In this document: positions 18,393-27,497 of the stretch, piece after piece
Layout of the letters: the number at the start of each line of letters is the position of its first letter
How positions within the stretch are numbered: the stretch's first letter is position 1
IMG/VR virus record: IMGVR_UViG_3300030380_003294
Length of the DNA: 64,000 nt
DNA from: a virus
Direction: 5' to 3' (one strand)
The notes under the pieces: model-generated
Told to the model about the DNA's origin: nothing
Databases searched by the model: none
What the model saw: only the letters and a program-made list of their open reading frames with translations
Position numbers and translations under genes: made by a program

Positions 18393-18626
18393 TCACACCT
18401 CTGTTTCGGTTGATACGGTTCGGGACATCCCATCAGTAATGCTAAAGGGAATAAGATTCTCTGTATCAGTAATACCTTCATCAACGATGAGGTCATCAAA
18501 AACATAACCAACACCATGCAAGAAGTCTGAAGTCTTTTCCACTACATCTTGAATGAGTGTTCCTTCAAACTCCTTTGTTGTGACAGTTCCGTCTTCGTCA
18601 GTTGCGGTCAAAATAAAAGAGGGCAT
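18393..18626 (-). CDS. Hypothetical protein
   Basis: TKEFE...DVV....DFLHGVGYVF motif; follows a sigma70 promoter. Confidence 0.7.
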   Translation of the reverse strand: MPSFILTATDEDGTVTTKEFEGTLIQDVVEKTSDFLHGVGYVFDDLIVDEGITDTENLIPFSITDGMSRTVSTETEV

Positions 18627-18651
18627 TGGTCTTAACCAAGTGAACCCTCGT

Positions 18652-18680
18652 AGTATAGCAGGTTTTTAGATGGGTGTCAA
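18652..18680 (-). promoter_or_regulatory. Sigma70-type promoter TTGACA-17-TATACT
   Basis: Near-consensus; lies at the upstream boundary of the early region. Confidence 0.75.
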
Positions 18681-19036
18681 CCCTTAGGATATGCCGACTT
18701 CGTACTCTTGACTCCGTTGTACCAGACACCAGTCTTGGCGGTCTCTCCTAGTTTACCATCATCAATGTCATGCCAGAGTTGATCGAGTTGCTCTTCTATT
18801 GGATTATATGCCCACCTTCTTAACGTCTCATAACTTTGAGTAGGAGTGCTTACTCTTGAGATAGTATCTGTTTCTTTATCATATGTAAAACTTGGCGGTG
18901 CATCTGCATCTGCCTTATATGATAATGCAGACTCATCAAAATTTTTCCATTCGTAATCAGAGTGTACTTCAAATGTAGCGTCATCTGCTACTAATTGATG
19001 AACTTGACCTGCTTCGATGTGTACTAATGCTTTCAT
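18677..19036 (-). CDS. Tail-fibre assembly/chaperone-like protein
   Basis: Start reassigned to MKALVHI; C-terminal RRWAYNPIEEQLDQLWHDID...VKSTKSAYPK motif of fibre-associated proteins. Confidence 0.7.
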   Translation of the reverse strand: MKALVHIEAGQVHQLVADDATFEVHSDYEWKNFDESALSYKADADAPPSFTYDKETDTISRVSTPTQSYETLRRWAYNPIEEQLDQLWHDIDDGKLGETAKTGVWYNGVKSTKSAYPKG

Positions 19037-19041
19037 GTGAC

Positions 19042-19851
19042 TTAAGAATAATTGTAGACGATTACACAACCTGCACCACCACGACTGTTGTTGTGTGCAT
19101 AACTGTTTTGAGAATAATATCCATAACCTCCACCAGAACCCCATTGTCCATGGGTGTTCTCAGCGTTAGTGCTACTGTTATGGTGGTTTGATCCTGCTTT
19201 ATGCCAGAAACTACATCCAGATCCACCTTCTCTGTTAGATCCGTGGGACATTTCACCACCGCCCCCTGGCAAATTAATGTCTCCACCACTGGCGTTTCCA
19301 CCATGTCCACCTTCATATGGGTTATCAGTATAACCTCCATCACCACCAGTAGCAGTACAGTATGAACCAAAGGATGAAGTTCCTCCTGATCCTCCTCTAC
19401 CACCATTCCTAACATAGTCGCCACCACCACCGTAAGTATAACTTACAGTACTAACACCTGAGACGTCAATATATTTAATTGCGGTTGCTCCACCGCCTCC
19501 ACCTGCACCACGATAGTTGTTATCGTTAGTTCTAGAACCTCCACCACCACCTGTAACATATACTAAAACATGGTTGCAACCCGCAGGTTTTGTCCAAGTT
19601 CCAGATCCACCAGAAGTAGAGTTACTGTTCCATGTACCATTCTGCGATGTATATACGTTTATACCTAATAATCTACCCTCCATTGCGGTGGGAACCCATG
19701 CTGATCCGTTCCACATAATAGAATGGTTCGTACTGGGTGTACCAGAAAGAAATCCAGTCAGATTAGTAGCAGGTGCAGTATTAATAGTTGACGAGTCGCC
19801 AGTAAACTGGGTAGTTCCAACACTCAAAGTACCTACATTTAACTGTGACAT
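19042..19851 (-). CDS. Glycine-rich fibre/receptor-binding-like protein
   Basis: SGTWTKPAG...VYVTGGGGG...GGTSSFG...GGAGCVIVY glycine-rich domain. Confidence 0.75.
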   Translation of the reverse strand: MSQLNVGTLSVGTTQFTGDSSTINTAPATNLTGFLSGTPSTNHSIMWNGSAWVPTAMEGRLLGINVYTSQNGTWNSNSTSGGSGTWTKPAGCNHVLVYVTGGGGGSRTNDNNYRGAGGGGGATAIKYIDVSGVSTVSYTYGGGGDYVRNGGRGGSGGTSSFGSYCTATGGDGGYTDNPYEGGHGGNASGGDINLPGGGGEMSHGSNREGGSGCSFWHKAGSNHHNSSTNAENTHGQWGSGGGYGYYSQNSYAHNNSRGGAGCVIVYNYS

Positions 19852-19880
19852 TTAACCTACTTCAATAATTCTTACAATCC

Positions 19881-19888
19881 TATTTATA
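19881..19888 (-). promoter_or_regulatory. T4 gp55-type late promoter TATAAATA
   Basis: Exact consensus 30 bp upstream of the 19851 start, overlapping the upstream stop codon. Confidence 0.75.
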
Positions 19889-20921
19889 GAATAAACGTCA
19901 CTAGGAATGCATACCCTATTAACCATAAACACAATCCACCTAAGACCTTATAATATTTCTTGAGAGGTGTACCAAAGTATTGTTGTCCGATCATCAAACA
20001 TTTATGTGCAGGGGATAGTAGATACCCTGAGTATTCAGTTGCTAAGAACCATACAAGATACTGTTGACCAAAGATCAATACAAGTGCTGATGTCATACCT
20101 GCATACTTACCTGATGATCCCATGATATATGCTGCAACCATACCTACGAGAGTTACAGGAATAATCATACTAGGATCTGCTGCTTTTAGATATGCCATGA
20201 CAGGTGCTTTAATAAGACCTACCACACCACCAAGAGCAAGAACAATAGTAGCAATAATAGCAAAACGACCGTCAAGATACTTACCCCACTTCCAATCTTT
20301 ACAAATGATACTGTAATAACATGCCATGCCTATGAACCAAGGAAAGAAGAATATTGCTCCTGCTTTACCTACACACAATAAGAACCAAATCGTTGCAATA
20401 AATGGTGCCCATCCTCGTAATGCCCTCTGCCAGTTGAAGTCTCGGATATTATCCATGTTAGGTACAACTGATCGGGGATCAACCTTAGTAAAGATGAACC
20501 ACCATGTATATACCAAACAGATAATCAGAGGTACAAATGTATATGATAGCATTTGTCCATAAGTAATACCCAATGCTGCCATAGGCAGGATGATAGTCTT
20601 TTCTAATGGACTCCACCAATAGTAATGATGAGTTGAAAGATAATCAATGATCCCGAAGTTGGATCTCTTTTCTTTACTTGGTGGTGCGATAGCATCCAGT
20701 AGTGGTGCGGATAGTGCTACCCTGCCTGGGATTGGTAGTACACCACCCAAGATAGAGGTGATAATAATCATCACCCTGTTGTCTTTAATATATTTCTTTG
20801 CGAGTGAGTAAACATCATCTAGTACATGATACTCTCGAATAAATCCACCGAGGATCATGATACCAAAAATGTAACCCATGTAGAGTTCTTTTTGGGCGAT
20901 CGATTCTAAGATCTTAGACAT
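19884..20921 (-). CDS. Multi-pass membrane protein, DUF401-like (ion-transporter superfamily)
   Basis: About 9-10 hydrophobic segments; PGRVALSAPLLD and GYLLSPAHKCL motifs. Confidence 0.7.
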   Translation of the reverse strand: MSKILESIAQKELYMGYIFGIMILGGFIREYHVLDDVYSLAKKYIKDNRVMIIITSILGGVLPIPGRVALSAPLLDAIAPPSKEKRSNFGIIDYLSTHHYYWWSPLEKTIILPMAALGITYGQMLSYTFVPLIICLVYTWWFIFTKVDPRSVVPNMDNIRDFNWQRALRGWAPFIATIWFLLCVGKAGAIFFFPWFIGMACYYSIICKDWKWGKYLDGRFAIIATIVLALGGVVGLIKAPVMAYLKAADPSMIIPVTLVGMVAAYIMGSSGKYAGMTSALVLIFGQQYLVWFLATEYSGYLLSPAHKCLMIGQQYFGTPLKKYYKVLGGLCLWLIGYAFLVTFIL

Positions 20922-21414
20922 AATTAAAGTTGATTACCATTCTAAAGGATGCATTTGTAGTTGATGTACCTGTATGTTTCATACCATTTGGAAAGGTTAC
21001 GAACCTGTTAGCAACAGATTCTACCTTAGTACCATCTTCAAATGCTGTGTATCCATCACATGTATTCATATAAAGGATACTTGTCTTTATGTATGGACGA
21101 TCTTCTGCATCCAATACATCAACATGCATACCATGTTCAACGAGACGATCAGTCCCCATGACAAGATTTGCTTTGCACTTGATCATAGCACAAGGTTGTA
21201 CTTTTTGCAAGACAGGGTAAAGAACTTCAATAGTCTTGTCAACAGGTGCATGCCTGTCATAAAAGAAATGTACCATCTGCATATTACGATTCACATTCTC
21301 AGGTGTGTCATCAACAATCTTAGATGATTCCCAGAGTATGTTGTAACTCATCATCATCTTATACAGATGTGTAAACTCTTCTACTGGTAGGAACTGATCT
21401 TCTACATTAATCAT
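20914..21414 (-). CDS. 2OG-Fe(II) oxygenase-like protein
   Basis: HxD (HVD)...SILYMNTCDGYT...H (KHTG)...R (RMVINFNY); start reassigned to MINVEDQF. Confidence 0.8.
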   Translation of the reverse strand: MINVEDQFLPVEEFTHLYKMMMSYNILWESSKIVDDTPENVNRNMQMVHFFYDRHAPVDKTIEVLYPVLQKVQPCAMIKCKANLVMGTDRLVEHGMHVDVLDAEDRPYIKTSILYMNTCDGYTAFEDGTKVESVANRFVTFPNGMKHTGTSTTNASFRMVINFNYV

Positions 21415-21701
21415 TAATAAAGCGACTCCTCCTGATTGCTCAGAATAACTACATCGGACTCTGGATATGCCACACAAGTGAGAACAAATCCTTCTGCGAG
21501 TTGGTCATCATCAAGGAAAGATTGCTCTTCTTGATTGACTGTACCTTCCTCGACTTTACCTGCACAAGTTGAACAAGCACCTGCTCTACACGAGTATGGT
21601 AGATCAACTCCTGCTTCTTCTGCTGCGTCTAGAATATACTGATCGCCTTCGCATTCAAAGGTATCTTTAGTGCCATCGGGGTGTTTAAAAGTAACGTTCA
21701 T
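21414..21701 (-). CDS. petF: Plant-type [2Fe-2S] ferredoxin
   Basis: [15 protein letters not shown]...DQSFL-like EQSFLDDDQ...VLTCVAYP. Confidence 0.97.
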   Translation of the reverse strand: MNVTFKHPDGTKDTFECEGDQYILDAAEEAGVDLPYSCRAGACSTCAGKVEEGTVNQEEQSFLDDDQLAEGFVLTCVAYPESDVVILSNQEESLY

Positions 21702-21728
21702 AGGATATCAAATGGAACATCCTATATA

Positions 21729-23453
21729 TTACTTCTCAATCACAGCAACGTGTACACCATTCCAGAAATCGTTAGCATCCTCTGACTTTTCGGTCAGAAT
21801 AGTTCTCTCCCACAGCACATTCTTGTCTTTTAGAAACTCCTTTGCTCTTTCCATTACTTTGTCAAAGTTTGCATCATCAATAACCAGAATGTAATCCTTA
21901 TCAGCATGCTTATGAAGATGTTCCAAGTTTGGAATCATATCCTCGTTGACATCAGCATCATAGAATATCACACGAGGGGGATACTGAGGATTAAATTCAA
22001 CTGCTTGAATAGGTTTAACAGAGAAACCAATAGAACAATCAGTATTCATCCATTTCTCTGCGTTCTTAATGAACTCATCAACTGGATTTGTGACGTTCTC
22101 GTAATCTTTATGCAAGTCTTTACGTTTAGGTTTGATAATTTCATCTTGGAAATCATCAATAGCATATGCCTTGACTGCACTATTCTGATATAGAGCAGCG
22201 AATACTGTACTACCCATGTATGCACCTGCATCAACATATACTGTCCCACGCTCATTGCATAGGTTGTTGAGTAAGTGTCTGATTTTATTAGATGACAATC
22301 CAAGCACATCATAACCCTCAGGGTTAAAATTAGAGTTGTTATCTACAGCACCATCAATGGCACGAATGGCACGATCTACCAGAGGATTCATTTTTCGTTG
22401 TTGCTTCTTCAATCGAGAGTCTAGCACAGATTCGCAATAGTTGCAATCCCAACAGTCAAATTGACATGTTTTAATCTTCTCTCGCCAGATATTTATGGGT
22501 GCATCAGGCATCTTGATGTCATCCATGTACTCTTCAAAGTGAGGAAACATCAACGTAGTTGGTTCTTGCCATCTTTCAATAAGATCCATGGACTCTTTTA
22601 GTCTCATGCCATCTTCTCTACCATGTAACTTGAATACATCAATACCAAGATCTAAGAACTCTTGCCAGTCCTCCTTCCAAGGGGGTAAGTTTGCTGCTTT
22701 AAGTTCATGTGCAGGGTCATAAGCATCCCATCGCTGACATGATACACGACTGATAGTGCTATTGAAGTATTGAGGTTCACTTCCCTGTCTTGTACTATTA
22801 TATTGATAATGCTCTGGCATGATAGGACATCCACCCCAACAATGCTCATTCACAAGCAATGATAGTTTGACTGGATTACCTTTCTCTTCACAATATTTCT
22901 TGGCATCAACAATTCTTTTTAGCAGATTTCTATCTCTCATCACATCCCTATCAAGGTTAATGTAATGGAAACCTGCACTTGCAAGGGTGACTATCTCGTT
23001 AGGTTTTGTCACCTCTCGTAAGATAGTATTCTTAATTTCTAGTTCTGGAAAATGTTTTTGGATCTGTCCAGTCATGATCCATGATGTATGAGGTATAGTT
23101 GCACACCTCACACCATTATCATATAGAAACTTAAAGTTCTTGATGAACTCATCTAGGTTCTTTTGATCGGGTCTTACCCAAATGTTATTGAATGTAGCAG
23201 ACAGGGGAATACCTGTCTTATCTGAAATGTATAAAGCATTCTTTGCAGCACCTTGTGCATCGCTATTGGTGCGAAAAACATCCCCCATCGCATCCTGCAT
23301 GAATGGGGGCATTCTTGTAGTAAAGTATAGGTCGTATATTACCGTTCCATTTCTCAGCAGGAATGGAATGAACTCCTCGTCAATAAACTCAGGACTTACC
23401 TTCGGATTGATTGGCAGACTGAATACGCCTATCTTCGAGGTTGTTGTGTGCAT
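21729..23453 (-). CDS. U32-family (TIM-barrel Fe-S) domain fused to a class I SAM methyltransferase
   Basis: LLVNEHCWGGCP...H...SC...FKLHGRE and CQFDCWDCNYC motifs; C-terminal YVDAGAYMGST...AIDDF...IFYD...LVIDD Rossmann methyltransferase (Methyltransf_24-like). Confidence 0.75.
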   Translation of the reverse strand: MHTTTSKIGVFSLPINPKVSPEFIDEEFIPFLLRNGTVIYDLYFTTRMPPFMQDAMGDVFRTNSDAQGAAKNALYISDKTGIPLSATFNNIWVRPDQKNLDEFIKNFKFLYDNGVRCATIPHTSWIMTGQIQKHFPELEIKNTILREVTKPNEIVTLASAGFHYINLDRDVMRDRNLLKRIVDAKKYCEEKGNPVKLSLLVNEHCWGGCPIMPEHYQYNSTRQGSEPQYFNSTISRVSCQRWDAYDPAHELKAANLPPWKEDWQEFLDLGIDVFKLHGREDGMRLKESMDLIERWQEPTTLMFPHFEEYMDDIKMPDAPINIWREKIKTCQFDCWDCNYCESVLDSRLKKQQRKMNPLVDRAIRAIDGAVDNNSNFNPEGYDVLGLSSNKIRHLLNNLCNERGTVYVDAGAYMGSTVFAALYQNSAVKAYAIDDFQDEIIKPKRKDLHKDYENVTNPVDEFIKNAEKWMNTDCSIGFSVKPIQAVEFNPQYPPRVIFYDADVNEDMIPNLEHLHKHADKDYILVIDDANFDKVMERAKEFLKDKNVLWERTILTEKSEDANDFWNGVHVAVIEK

Positions 23454-24291
23454 AATCTGAGAGAACTCCTGCTGTATCAAATAGTTGCGGTGGTTTGCCT
23501 TCCATCATTTTATCGACCCTTGCTTCTGCTGCTTCTTTAATGCCACCAACAGATCTATTGACAGCAGTAGAGTATGTCATCGCAAGATCACATACAGCAC
23601 CTTGATCTTCTGGTGCCATTTGCAACATAGATTCCAAGTTACCTGCTTGGATTCTACCAGTAGTTAGCAAGTCAATAGCAGACTGTTTACCCATACGAGC
23701 AATCCAATACTTATGCTCTTCAACTTCTTCTAGTTGTTTGTCCTCTAGAATTTTGACAATTTCACTTGCATCGTCAGTTCCTGCTTTCTCTTTAATAATA
23801 TTAAAGAAACCATTGAGTTCCTCTTTACATTGCCTGAGTTTGTTTAACCAAATCTGCCTATCAAGATACAGCAATTCTAGTTCGTATTGCTTATCCTGCT
23901 TGTAAAAAGGATTCTCTTCCTTTTCCATTTCATGCTTAACTCTAGCAATATCATTTAGACACCGCTTGAATTGAATTGTACTTTTTGATAGAGAATTCGT
24001 TCTACCTTGAATCTCCATCATTGCCTGTCGGATCTGCCTGTAGGGTGTGACCTGACTATTAACAACGTAATACTTGTTTTGAAATTCTGTTTGTCCGAAG
24101 TGTTGTTGCTCTGACCATGCCATCAGAGATTCATCGAACTTATCAATTTCTTCCCACTTATCAATACCTTCGAGTTCCTTAATTACATCAGAAACTCTGT
24201 AATCGGTATCAGAACTGGATTCCTTTTGAGTAGTCGAAAGGTTGTTTTCTTTCGATGTTTCCTGTTTCTTCATTGGTTGTGCATCTTCCAT
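23389..24291 (-). CDS. Helical/coiled-coil hypothetical protein
   Basis: About 300 aa; GQTEFQNKYYVVNSQVTPYRQIRQAMMEI and YWIARMGKQSAIDLL; start at 24291 or 24273. Confidence 0.75.
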   Translation of the reverse strand: MEDAQPMKKQETSKENNLSTTQKESSSDTDYRVSDVIKELEGIDKWEEIDKFDESLMAWSEQQHFGQTEFQNKYYVVNSQVTPYRQIRQAMMEIQGRTNSLSKSTIQFKRCLNDIARVKHEMEKEENPFYKQDKQYELELLYLDRQIWLNKLRQCKEELNGFFNIIKEKAGTDDASEIVKILEDKQLEEVEEHKYWIARMGKQSAIDLLTTGRIQAGNLESMLQMAPEDQGAVCDLAMTYSTAVNRSVGGIKEAAEARVDKMMEGKPPQLFDTAGVLSDYAHNNLEDRRIQSANQSEGKS

Positions 24292-24976
24292 ATTCAAGAC
24301 ATTGTGCATTTGACATTGCACTATTGAAGTAATCTTCAAGTACAACGTTCAGTTCACGAACACTAGAACACCCATTAATAATCTGGATCATCTTTTGTTC
24401 TGCGACTGCTAAGTCATAGAGTCCTGTTTTAAACTCTGATTGCTTGTCAACTATTTTAGTCGCAAACTGTAGAGTTGTCAAGTCTCTGACCTCTGCTAAC
24501 TTATGTATAAGTTTTGTCTCGAACTCATTATCAGCAAGGTATGCGGTTGCTTCACAAATCTGATCTGACCATGTTGCTTCTTCAAGTGTAGAGAATTTAG
24601 TTTTAAGAACATTATGTCTATGCTCAAACTCTTCTTGCACTGCCAGTACCATGACATCCTTCATGAAAGGAATGACATAGTTTGAGTACATTGTATCATC
24701 TATAGTCTCTTTTTCTTTATTTGTAGTTCCCTCTTCGTTTTGTCCGTAAGTAGATCTTTGATGCCTAATCTCTCCCCAGTACTTGTCTCCAAAGATACCA
24801 TCTTTACTGGTATATCTGAGATATGTAATGTGCTGAGGGATATACTTAAAGTATTCATCTGCAAGATGATATGATTCCAGTCCTAGGTAAGTACCAATAC
24901 GGACTCCCCACTCTCCCACCTTAGGATATTTCTCGACATCTAAAACGATGACGTCATTTGAAGTTGTGCTTGTCAT
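24209..24976 (-). CDS. Tail-fibre assembly chaperone-like protein
   Basis: EEATWSDQICEATAYLAD...LAEVRDLT...KIVDK resembles the E..TW..Q..EA.A motif of fibre-assembly proteins. Confidence 0.6.
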   Translation of the reverse strand: MTSTTSNDVIVLDVEKYPKVGEWGVRIGTYLGLESYHLADEYFKYIPQHITYLRYTSKDGIFGDKYWGEIRHQRSTYGQNEEGTTNKEKETIDDTMYSNYVIPFMKDVMVLAVQEEFEHRHNVLKTKFSTLEEATWSDQICEATAYLADNEFETKLIHKLAEVRDLTTLQFATKIVDKQSEFKTGLYDLAVAEQKMIQIINGCSSVRELNVVLEDYFNSAMSNAQCLEYGRCTTNEETGNIERKQPFDYSKGIQF

Positions 24977-26358
24977 TAGTAGTTAGGAATGTTTGTACCG
25001 TAATCGTAGTTGCCCTGTCCTGATACAGAACTAGAGGACGAACAGTGTGCTGATGACATGCCACCATGTCCTGATGGTGGTGAACTACCACCTAAGTTGT
25101 TGTAACTATCACTATTATAGTTCACTTTGAATGTGTTATTGTTCTGAGAACCATTATAGTTACCTAAACAATATCCTTTTCTCATACCCATTTCAAAGTT
25201 TTCTTCACCCATGTTACCGAAGTTAAGACCTCTAACTTGAATACCAGTAATGTCGTTACACTTCTGGTTACCATTCTGGTTGTTATTACCTGTACCAACG
25301 TACATATGTCCTAACATACTAGGAAGAATCTTCTTCCAACCATCACCACCTGGTCCATGTTCCCATGACACCCAAGATTCAGTCTTGAAGAACTGACCTC
25401 TTCTAGTTCCAGATCTCTTGACCCAACCATAAAGTCTTCCATGTCCACCCCATGTAGGGTCATCGCCACCATCATCATAGTTTGGTGGGAAACCTGAGGT
25501 TCTCATAGTTTCAGTCTTAAGATTCATAGCGTCAACTCTTGAGTTACCACCACCATATAGGTAAGACATACCTCCTGCGTGTTCATGATCTTGGTGAGAT
25601 CCCATTGAACCTCTGTTCACCGTCATGTTCCACTGCGACTGGTGTGTTAAACCAGATTCAGTTGACATTGACATCGCATTGGTATAGTTTGAAGAACCTC
25701 TATAAGTGTTCTCCATAGAGTGAAAGAAGTGCTTAGTATCAGTCCATGATCCTGCCATGTAAGCACCTGATCTATCTAAGATATCTCCTAAGTTCGATGA
25801 TGTATCTGTAGAGTGTACCGTTCTGTTTACGTTTCTCCAAGGCGAACCAGACTGGTAACCTCCTCCAACATATCCGTGTGTCCAAATTCTTGCTGTTGAC
25901 CATCCATTATCGTTTTCTCCATCGAATGACCAATATGCGTTAGTTCCGTCTGATCTTAATAATGCTCCGTTCGTGTAATTTAAACTATATCTATCGTTAG
26001 ACTGGTCTGGTAATGAACTTCCTGCTCCTGCAATCGGACCCCATTGTACCTGTCCTGCGTCTTGATCGTATGAGTAACCTTCAAAGGTTCTATCTGTACT
26101 GTTATATCTGAATAATCCTTCTACTGCTGCCCCTGGTCTTTGTGCGGTAGTACCTACAGGTACTTTCATACCGTCTGTACCTGCAATATCTAACGTATAA
26201 CTAGGTGATGCATCATTAACACCGAGTCTATTATTAGTAGAGTCAACATACAGAGTGCCAGAGTCAAAGTTAAAGTTTCCACCCGCCTCCAGTTGGAATT
26301 CAGCAGTTCCACCACCACCTGTTAGTGATACAATTTTATCAACGTTTAACTGAGACAT
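24976..26358 (-). CDS. Fibre-type N-terminal adaptor plus kelch-like beta-propeller protein
   Basis: PVGTTAQRP...GLFRYN domain, then GYVGGG/SYLYGGG/GYCLG blade-like repeats. Confidence 0.7.
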   Translation of the reverse strand: MSQLNVDKIVSLTGGGGTAEFQLEAGGNFNFDSGTLYVDSTNNRLGVNDASPSYTLDIAGTDGMKVPVGTTAQRPGAAVEGLFRYNSTDRTFEGYSYDQDAGQVQWGPIAGAGSSLPDQSNDRYSLNYTNGALLRSDGTNAYWSFDGENDNGWSTARIWTHGYVGGGYQSGSPWRNVNRTVHSTDTSSNLGDILDRSGAYMAGSWTDTKHFFHSMENTYRGSSNYTNAMSMSTESGLTHQSQWNMTVNRGSMGSHQDHEHAGGMSYLYGGGNSRVDAMNLKTETMRTSGFPPNYDDGGDDPTWGGHGRLYGWVKRSGTRRGQFFKTESWVSWEHGPGGDGWKKILPSMLGHMYVGTGNNNQNGNQKCNDITGIQVRGLNFGNMGEENFEMGMRKGYCLGNYNGSQNNNTFKVNYNSDSYNNLGGSSPPSGHGGMSSAHCSSSSSVSGQGNYDYGTNIPNY

Positions 26359-26384
26359 GTGTAGTTTTTACTCCTTCGTATTAT

Positions 26385-27494
26385 TTATGCAGGTCGAACA
26401 AGCACACAACCTCTTTTAAGGTATGTATCCTCGTTTCCACTGTCTTGGTCTGAGTGAATAACAACATGCATATCATCTGTGTATGATGTGCCGAGATCAA
26501 CGGTGAACCATGCATCACCATTAAACACGTTTGGTCCAGTACCACCAGAATTATCTCCTGGCTGAACTGTAAAGTTTCTCACAAATTCTGAGGTGTAACT
26601 AGATCCAGATCTAGAGAAGCATGTGTATCTATTACCCATGAAACCACCTGGGTTGTTACCACCTGCAACGTGAGTTGGTTGCATTCCTGCTACTGATGGG
26701 CATGAGTTACCATCATTATTAGAAATAGCAGTATAGTAAGTAAAGATGTGTTGTCCATCCCCTGCACCTGAGTTGTCACGCATGATCGTTAGACCATCAC
26801 CAACACCAGATGAAATATTTAGGAAGTTACGACCATTGACACCATCATTAGAATAATAGTTATAGAGATTAAATCTCATCTTTACATAACGATATGATAC
26901 ACCTCTATTACTAAAGGTTGCATATCGATAATCAGATCCACCTACGTTTCTGTAGTAACCGTATGTGCTATTGTTTGTAAAGTTACCTGCAGGAGTTGTA
27001 TCTCCTGTGTCATTCAAGTTATTACCTGATAATGATGATGCGTTACTGAAGAATGCAGCACCACCGCCACCCCAGTTACCAATCAAAAGATAATATGGAT
27101 GACTGTTTACAGGCACAAAGTATCTACGAACTGTACCATCTAGGTTTAGATAGTAGTTACCGTCAGCAGCAACACCTGCATCCATAAGTTCTTGAACACT
27201 AGATGCTGCTGTAGCAGCAGTTCCACCATTATTACCACCAGATGATGCCCTTACAATTTGTAACCATGAACTACCATTATAAACTTCTACTTGCAATTCT
27301 TCTGTATTAAACCTAATCATTCCTGTTGATGGGGATGATGGTCTTTGTGCTGTAGTTCCTGCAGGTAAACTAAATTGATTAAGTGCAGTCATATTACATG
27401 TACCCGCAACAAGCAACGACTCTCCATCATCGAAGTTGATCTCGAAGTTATTCATCGAGGATGCGTGTAGTTCGTTAACGTTTAGAGTACTCAT
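26385..27494 (-). CDS. Fibre/receptor-binding-like protein
   Basis: LPAGTTAQRP..GMIRFN adaptor, ADGNYYL fibrinogen-like linker, lectin-like C-terminus. Confidence 0.7.
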   Translation of the reverse strand: MSTLNVNELHASSMNNFEINFDDGESLLVAGTCNMTALNQFSLPAGTTAQRPSSPSTGMIRFNTEELQVEVYNGSSWLQIVRASSGGNNGGTAATAASSVQELMDAGVAADGNYYLNLDGTVRRYFVPVNSHPYYLLIGNWGGGGAAFFSNASSLSGNNLNDTGDTTPAGNFTNNSTYGYYRNVGGSDYRYATFSNRGVSYRYVKMRFNLYNYYSNDGVNGRNFLNISSGVGDGLTIMRDNSGAGDGQHIFTYYTAISNNDGNSCPSVAGMQPTHVAGGNNPGGFMGNRYTCFSRSGSSYTSEFVRNFTVQPGDNSGGTGPNVFNGDAWFTVDLGTSYTDDMHVVIHSDQDSGNEDTYLKRGCVLVRPA

Positions 27495-27497
27495 GTT

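Noticed and set aside
21729-23453. Calling the U32 domain a collagenase or protease
   Set aside because: This is a legacy annotation; the Cys motifs fit the Fe-S hydroxylase role established for the family.
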